DNA of 64,000 nucleotides from Candidatus Bathyarchaeia archaeon. GTDB lineage: Archaea; Thermoproteota; Bathyarchaeia; Bathyarchaeales; Bathycorpusculaceae. This document shows positions 58,439 through 64,000 of this stretch, piece after piece (the first letter of the stretch is position 1; every line of letters starts with the position of its first letter). Below the pieces are notes generated by a model. That model was not told the DNA's origin. It ran no database searches and saw nothing but the letters and a program-made list of their open reading frames with translations. Where the stretch lies: NCBI GenBank assembly GCA_049515895.1, contig JBEKTQ010000013.1, positions 1 through 64,000 of the forward strand, read 5' to 3'. The position numbers were made by a program, and so were the translations under genes.

Positions 58439-59139
58439 CGGTCGAGTTTTCAAATCTTCACAAAACTCTCAAAGACCCGACACGCAGGGACATTCTCAGG
58501 TGCCTTGGCGAAGCAGGTTCTTTATCCTATATGGACTTGATGGAGCAAGCCAAAATCACGAACACGGGAAGGCTCAATTATCACCTCAAAATCCTCAACG
58601 GATTAATAGAAAAGCAAGTCGACGGCAAATACGGCTTGACAGAGAAAGGTCGCCTAGCAGTCCAACTGCTTGACGAGTTCCCGGAAGAAAAACCGCGCGC
58701 AAAACAACAAAAATCGCGGATGAAAAAGCTGACACTTGCAGCTATCCTACTTCTGGTCGGCATAATTATCGTATCGTCCGTGCTGATAATAACGGTGCAG
58801 CCAAAGAAAGAGGGCTTCAACGTGACCTACTGGAAGCAGCAGCCAGACCAGCTTATACCTCAGTCCAACTATATCCAATACGTTTTCAACATTACGGGAG
58901 CAGACAACTCTTTCCAGTTAGCGTCAAGTGAAACGCTCGATAGCCTGCTTTCGCCCTTGGTAACTAAGTACCCCATGGCCACAATGACATTGAACAAATC
59001 AACCTTTCCCGCCTGGAGCTGCGGAACTCTAGGCAACGGAAAATTCATTTTCGCTTTAACATTAAAAATCAGCCTATCGGGTGCTCAATTGCAATCTTTG
59101 ACGCAGGACTTAAAGCAAGCCCTGAAAACCACCCAGTAG
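58435..59139 (+). CDS. ArsR-like wHTH protein with TM helix and extracellular domain
   Basis: LKDPTRRDIL...TGRLNYHLKIL...YGLTEKG, then a TM helix. Confidence 0.85.
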   Translation: MTVEFSNLHKTLKDPTRRDILRCLGEAGSLSYMDLMEQAKITNTGRLNYHLKILNGLIEKQVDGKYGLTEKGRLAVQLLDEFPEEKPRAKQQKSRMKKLTLAAILLLVGIIIVSSVLIITVQPKKEGFNVTYWKQQPDQLIPQSNYIQYVFNITGADNSFQLASSETLDSLLSPLVTKYPMATMTLNKSTFPAWSCGTLGNGKFIFALTLKISLSGAQLQSLTQDLKQALKTTQ

Positions 59140-59167
59140 GGTTAAGGTTCGCGTGCCCCGTGACGCT

Positions 59168-59587
59168 TTAGCTGATGTACCGTATCGGGGTGTAGGTTTG
59201 CCCGGGTTCTTTGGGTTCGTCGCCCCATGTTAGAAGCCACTTGTTTGAGTCAGCGGATGAAGGGTCTTTGAACATGGTTATTTGCGAGTAGTCTGCGTCT
59301 TTTGCGTCTTTGTAGTTTGTCATGAGGTTTTTTAGCAGTTCGTCTGTCCAGTTGCATACTATTGAGGCTTCGTTTCCCTGTGGGTTGGTTGCGAGCAGAC
59401 GAAGGAAATAGTCGCCCACAGTGATATCTTCAACTGGACACGTGTCGTCGGTTTTTTGCATGATTTCTATGGTGTGGACTTTGAAGGTGCCGTCTTTGTC
59501 TTTTATGATTAGGTGAATGTTTTTTCCTACGAAGTTTTTCATGAAGCGCTTCATAAGTGTTAGTTTTTTCATTGGTCTTCTCCTCAT
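59168..59587 (-). CDS. Hypothetical protein
   Basis: 139 aa ORF, C-terminal RYIS; no recognisable motif. Confidence 0.65.
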   Translation of the reverse strand: MRRRPMKKLTLMKRFMKNFVGKNIHLIIKDKDGTFKVHTIEIMQKTDDTCPVEDITVGDYFLRLLATNPQGNEASIVCNWTDELLKNLMTNYKDAKDADYSQITMFKDPSSADSNKWLLTWGDEPKEPGQTYTPIRYIS

Positions 59588-59741
59588 TTTGTTGTTGCCA
59601 AAGGTTGTATATAAGGTATATTACGAAACAAGTTATCTGTTGCCACGTACTACAGATATTCATTTCACGTTAGGATTCAAAATCTTTATATTATAATATC
59701 GTGAGAATTACGATATAGGAAATAAAATTGGGGGTATAAAT

Positions 59742-60818
59742 ATAGAAGCTCAACAACCGTTCGAATACGCAGAAACGCCATATATAGAAACACAAGAAGA
59801 AAAAATAGCAAAATTCGCTAAAATGGCAGCACCAACATTAGTCGCAGTCGGGCTAGGCGGAGCAGGATGCAACGTCATAACTTGGATCAAAGAAAAGGGA
59901 ATCACCGGCGGCAAACTAGTAGCTGTAAACACCGACGCCACACACCTATTGACCATCAAAGCCGACAAAAGAATCTTGATAGGGGAAAAACTGACCAGAG
60001 GACTAGGCAGCGGAGGCTACCCGGAAGTAGGCGAAAAAGCACTTTACGAGACAGCCAACGAAGTCATACATGAACTACAAAGAGCCAACATCATCTTCAT
60101 GATAGCAGGCTTAGGCGGAGGAACAGGAACAGGATCAATCGTCGGCTTAGCTGAGACATTACATAGAAAAACTGCTGGATCTCCGATGGCTCCGTTACTC
60201 GTAGGTGTAGTCACTCTTCCATTCGAAGTTGAAACAGCAAGAATGAATGCAGCGAAAAAAGGACTAAACCGACTCAAAGACTCATGCGACACCGTCGTAG
60301 TGATTGACAACAACAGGCTGGTAAAAGTAGCTGGCAACCTGCCTTTCAGAGAAGCCTTAGGCGTAGCAAACACCACAGTCGGCAAATTCGTAAAAGGGGT
60401 AACCGAAACAATCACAACTGCAAGCCTCATAAACATGGACTACGCAGATTTGAAGGCAATCATGACAGGGTCAGGCTTGGCCTCAATAGGCATAGGCGAA
60501 GGCACCGGTGAAACAAGAGTTGAACAGGCAGTAGAAAAAGCATTAAACGGAAGACTACTCGACATAGAAGACGTGACAAAGGCAAAGGGATTACTCATAC
60601 ATGTCTCAGGTGGAGAAGACCTAACACTCACCGAAGTCAACCGAGCCGCTGAAATAATGAAACGTTCATTGCCGCCGAAAACAAAGATTATCTGGGGTGC
60701 AAGAGTCGATAAGGAACTACAAGGCTGTGTTTCAGTCATGGCTGTGATTACTGGCGTTGAAAGCGCGTTCTTACGTAAAAACGAAAAACACTTGGGACCA
60801 CTAAAATTCAACAGATAA
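59742..60818 (+). CDS. ftsZ: Cell division protein FtsZ (probable ATA start; ATG at 59823 is the alternative)
   Basis: VGLGGAGCN, AVNTD, AGLGGGTGTG, T7 loop INMDYADL. Confidence 0.93.
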   Translation: MEAQQPFEYAETPYIETQEEKIAKFAKMAAPTLVAVGLGGAGCNVITWIKEKGITGGKLVAVNTDATHLLTIKADKRILIGEKLTRGLGSGGYPEVGEKALYETANEVIHELQRANIIFMIAGLGGGTGTGSIVGLAETLHRKTAGSPMAPLLVGVVTLPFEVETARMNAAKKGLNRLKDSCDTVVVIDNNRLVKVAGNLPFREALGVANTTVGKFVKGVTETITTASLINMDYADLKAIMTGSGLASIGIGEGTGETRVEQAVEKALNGRLLDIEDVTKAKGLLIHVSGGEDLTLTEVNRAAEIMKRSLPPKTKIIWGARVDKELQGCVSVMAVITGVESAFLRKNEKHLGPLKFNR

Positions 60819-60995
60819 GCAGCAAACTGCTTTTTTTCCTCTCTCACCTTTATTTTTTTTTATTAATCCCATAGGCTTGACCTCGAAATTTATATTTGGA
60901 ATCTGGTTTTTTCCTGAAATCCTCAAAACATCTTTGGTTTAATTGTGGCTAGAATTTATAAGATGCGAGGATATTTGTGCTCGAGGGATACCCTT

Positions 60996-61952
60996 ATGCC
61001 ATTGACAGATGTTCCAACCATTGAGGCCGTTAAACTTACAAAACGTTACGGTACATTTGAAGCAGTTTCGGAATTGAACATCAAAATAGAAGGTGCAAAA
61101 TGCGTCGGTTTTTTAGGTCCGAACGGCGCGGGAAAAACAACAACCCTCAAGATGTTTACAGATTTGATTCGTCCTTCTTCCGGAGAGGCGCTGATTAACG
61201 GCATAAACGTTCACACTAGTAAGAAAGCGGCTTTGGCTTCGGTTGCGGCGCTTATTGAGACCCCTGAAATTTACCCTTCATTGACGCCACGAGAAGCCCT
61301 GTCGATGATCGGAGAGATTCGGGGAGTGCCAGCTGGTGAGCTTAAGAAGAGAATTGAAGAAGCCGTGGCTGAAGTCCATATGGATGAATGGATCGACAGG
61401 AGGGTTGGCAGATTCTCCAAAGGCATGAAGCAGAGAATTGTTATTGCCTCTGTTCTTCTTAGTGACCCCCAGATTCTTTTTCTGGATGAACCAACGACCG
61501 GGCTTGATCCCCGAGGAATGAGCGAAGTTAGAGACATCGTCAAATCTCTGAAGAGCAAGCAGAGGCTAATTTTCATGAGTTCACATATTCTAAGTGAAGT
61601 TTCCGACGTATGTGATGAAGTTGCCATGATTGACCATGGTAAACTAATCGTTTACAACACCATCGCTAATGTGACATCCAAATTCGCAGGCGGAAACAAC
61701 GTTGTTGAAGTTGGGTTAGCACGTCCAATCGACATCGAAATCCTCTCAGAAAATATTCCTTCTTTGCCAGGTGTAGTGAAGGCTGAAAAAGTTGATGATA
61801 GAAACCTGAAAATAACTTTCAGCGGGGGGTTAGACGCTCAAGAACGCCTGCTCAACGAAATCGTCACCCTAAACATCGGCGTTGTAAGCTACAAAGTCGC
61901 GACATCTGAACTTGAAGACGCATATCTAAAACTAATAACGGCTACGTTGTGA
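60996..61952 (+). CDS. ABC-2 type transporter ATP-binding protein
   Basis: GPNGAGKTT, FSKGMKQR, LDEPT. Confidence 0.92.
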   Translation: MPLTDVPTIEAVKLTKRYGTFEAVSELNIKIEGAKCVGFLGPNGAGKTTTLKMFTDLIRPSSGEALINGINVHTSKKAALASVAALIETPEIYPSLTPREALSMIGEIRGVPAGELKKRIEEAVAEVHMDEWIDRRVGRFSKGMKQRIVIASVLLSDPQILFLDEPTTGLDPRGMSEVRDIVKSLKSKQRLIFMSSHILSEVSDVCDEVAMIDHGKLIVYNTIANVTSKFAGGNNVVEVGLARPIDIEILSENIPSLPGVVKAEKVDDRNLKITFSGGLDAQERLLNEIVTLNIGVVSYKVATSELEDAYLKLITATL

Positions 61953-62815
61953 TAAAAATGACCCAAAGGTATTCTGAATCAATAAATATCGTTCCAACCA
62001 GTATCGCCCAAGTGGGCACAACAATGAAGTACTCTCTTCTCGATTATCTGAGAGGCAGAAGATTCTTCATAATGCTGATAATAACAGCATTAATAAGCAT
62101 ACTTCTTACAGTTCTTGTAGGATACTACCGCCCAGTAGGCTTTCTATCGGACAACCTGGCATTCTACAACAGTTGGTGGGGAACCAGCGTAACATTTGTC
62201 GTGGTGCTTTCGGCAATTTTCTTTGGCGGCGATGCAATATCAGGGGAATTTCAAAACAAAACAGGATACTTTGGCGTTCCGAACCCGATTAGACGTTCAT
62301 CAATATACATAGGAAAATGGTTAGCAGCTTTCGTTGCGTCCGCAGTTATGTTGGGCATTTTCACGGTTGTCACGTTAGGAAACGGGCTGTATTACTTTTC
62401 AAGCGTACCCTATCAATTTGGCGAGTCATTCTTGTTCGCGTTGTTATATATGGTTGCGGTTCTCGGATTCACGTTTTTCTTCAGCTCATTGTTCAAGAGC
62501 AGTTCAATGTCAATCCTTATAACCGCAATACTGTTCTTGTTTGTCTTTACACTGCTTAACACGTTGATTGCGACCCTTGTTAAAATCGAACCATGGTTCC
62601 TCATTAACTATGGTGCACAAATAATCGGAAATGTTCTGTCATCGCCTTTTCCGCCGCACAAAATCACTTCCACAAACATCGGTCCCGGAGGCAGGTCCTT
62701 CACAACCACAACGTTCAACGCTTCGATACCTGAGGGACTCGCTATCATGAGCATATACTTCATTGTCACGGCAATCTTGGGCTTGGTACTTTTTGAAAGA
62801 AAAGAATTCACTTAG
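61949..62815 (+). CDS. ABC-2 type transporter permease
   Basis: GDAISGEF...PIRRS.IYIGKW, about 6 TM, FERKE. Confidence 0.88.
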   Translation: MIKMTQRYSESINIVPTSIAQVGTTMKYSLLDYLRGRRFFIMLIITALISILLTVLVGYYRPVGFLSDNLAFYNSWWGTSVTFVVVLSAIFFGGDAISGEFQNKTGYFGVPNPIRRSSIYIGKWLAAFVASAVMLGIFTVVTLGNGLYYFSSVPYQFGESFLFALLYMVAVLGFTFFFSSLFKSSSMSILITAILFLFVFTLLNTLIATLVKIEPWFLINYGAQIIGNVLSSPFPPHKITSTNIGPGGRSFTTTTFNASIPEGLAIMSIYFIVTAILGLVLFERKEFT

Positions 62816-62906
62816 ATGCTGCAACTAATGCACTTTAGTTGGCACCCAGCGTACGTCATGGATGATAGTAAAATTTAACTACTAAAACATACTAAGGCAC
62901 GGTCTA

Positions 62907-64000
62907 ATGAGAAGACTTCCACTACAATTCGTAGGCTCGGTGTGCACAAATCCTAACCTGGTGATGAGTTTTGGCAGAGGGGCTTATCGAGAGTTTGTTA
63001 AATCGAAATTAGATTACCGAAATGTGGACGGAAGCAGTTCTGCACTTTGGCTGCTGAGCCTTAGAATTACGCATCGCTGCAATCATAGATGTGCGATCTG
63101 TGCGCAGTGGGGACAAAGCGGATACAATGCGAGGGATGACACGCCCAAGGTTACTGGAGAAGTCCCAGTTGAGGTTTACAAGAAAGTAATAGATGAAGTT
63201 GCACCTAAGAAAGTTCACGTTTACATAACGGGCGGAGAACCATTTCTTTACGAATCGCTGGTTCCGTTTGTTAACTACATCAAAGACAAGGGACTAACGG
63301 TTCAGATAGTTACAAATGGAGTCGGTCTAGAACGAAACGCTGAAACCATCGTAGACAACGGTTGGGACATGATTTGCGTCTCTTTTGACGGCCCCAGAGA
63401 AATCCATGATAAATGCCGAGGAGTCCCAGGAGCCATGGACACCGCCATCAAAGGATTATCGGCGATTCAAAAGCTAAAGAAGGAGAAAAAGAAAAGAAAA
63501 CCCGCGATATTCACCTTAACCACAATCTCCAGCAACAATCAGTACACGTTGGTCGATACTGTAAAGGAAGCAGAAAAGCTGAATCCTACTGGCATAGTAA
63601 TTTATTACTCATGGTTCACCCGAGAGTGGATTGGGGAAAAACACACAAAAATTGTCAATGAGAAGTTGGGCATTACGCCTTTCGCCTGGAAAGGTTATGT
63701 CCGCGACACTTCAAACTTGGACATAGACGCGATTGTTGAGCAAGTCAAGAAAATAAAAAGTGACAAACATTTCGGGAATACTCTTTTCGTACCTGACCTT
63801 AAATTAGAGGATATCCGAGCCTATTATACTGAACCAGAAAACTTCTTCGGCTACAAAAAATGTGTTTCACCATGGTTCCAACTGGACGTAATGCCGAACG
63901 GAGACGTAGTTACATGCAGGGATTTCCCAGACTTTGTCACAGGAAACATAATGGAGTCGCCGATCCTAGACATATACAACAGCGAAAAATACCGGAAGTT
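62907..64000 (+). CDS. Radical SAM/SPASM protein, 3'-truncated by the window end
   Basis: ITHRCNHRCAIC, ITGGEP, VSFDG, C..PW...MPNGDVVTC. Confidence 0.85.
   Translation, partial: MRRLPLQFVGSVCTNPNLVMSFGRGAYREFVKSKLDYRNVDGSSSALWLLSLRITHRCNHRCAICAQWGQSGYNARDDTPKVTGEVPVEVYKKVIDEVAPKKVHVYITGGEPFLYESLVPFVNYIKDKGLTVQIVTNGVGLERNAETIVDNGWDMICVSFDGPREIHDKCRGVPGAMDTAIKGLSAIQKLKKEKKKRKPAIFTLTTISSNNQYTLVDTVKEAEKLNPTGIVIYYSWFTREWIGEKHTKIVNEKLGITPFAWKGYVRDTSNLDIDAIVEQVKKIKSDKHFGNTLFVPDLKLEDIRAYYTEPENFFGYKKCVSPWFQLDVMPNGDVVTCRDFPDFVTGNIMESPILDIYNSEKYRK

Overview
Archaeal chromosomal window. Bathyarchaeia-like affiliation is inferred from eL13/eL15, Pop5/Rpp30, SmAP3, archaeosine TGT, FtsZ, PQQ-propeller surface proteins and a multi-intron tRNA. 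Layout: (1) ~1-7.2 kb, an integrated element with a tyrosine integrase, HExxH peptidase, ParB-like protein, divergent PCNA-like clamp, DUF3987/AAA+ helicase-like protein, putative origin and a possible Cas1 C-terminal remnant. (2) 7-26 kb, housekeeping genes (kamA, tgtA, PAC2, SmAP3, porCDAB, RNase P proteins, rpl13e/rpl15e) plus a 10-bp-period tandem array. (3) 26-51 kb, an accessory ion-homeostasis region (CorA, Nramp-like plus MgtE-N/CBS, kdpABC, APC permease, PiT/DUF47) with four stand-alone Lrp/AsnC ligand-binding proteins. (4) 51-64 kb, including a three-intron tRNA-Trp followed by a LAGLIDADG gene and a diverged copy of the tRNA 3' half. The strongest unannotated signal is five promoters around kdp that share TATGAACAA placed exactly 12 nt before a TATA box. 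Each is followed first by an uncalled 32-45 aa ORF, and two of these ORFs are paralogous single-TM peptides. Several genes appear to start at ATA/ATT/CTG. All family calls come from motif recognition by eye, without database searches.
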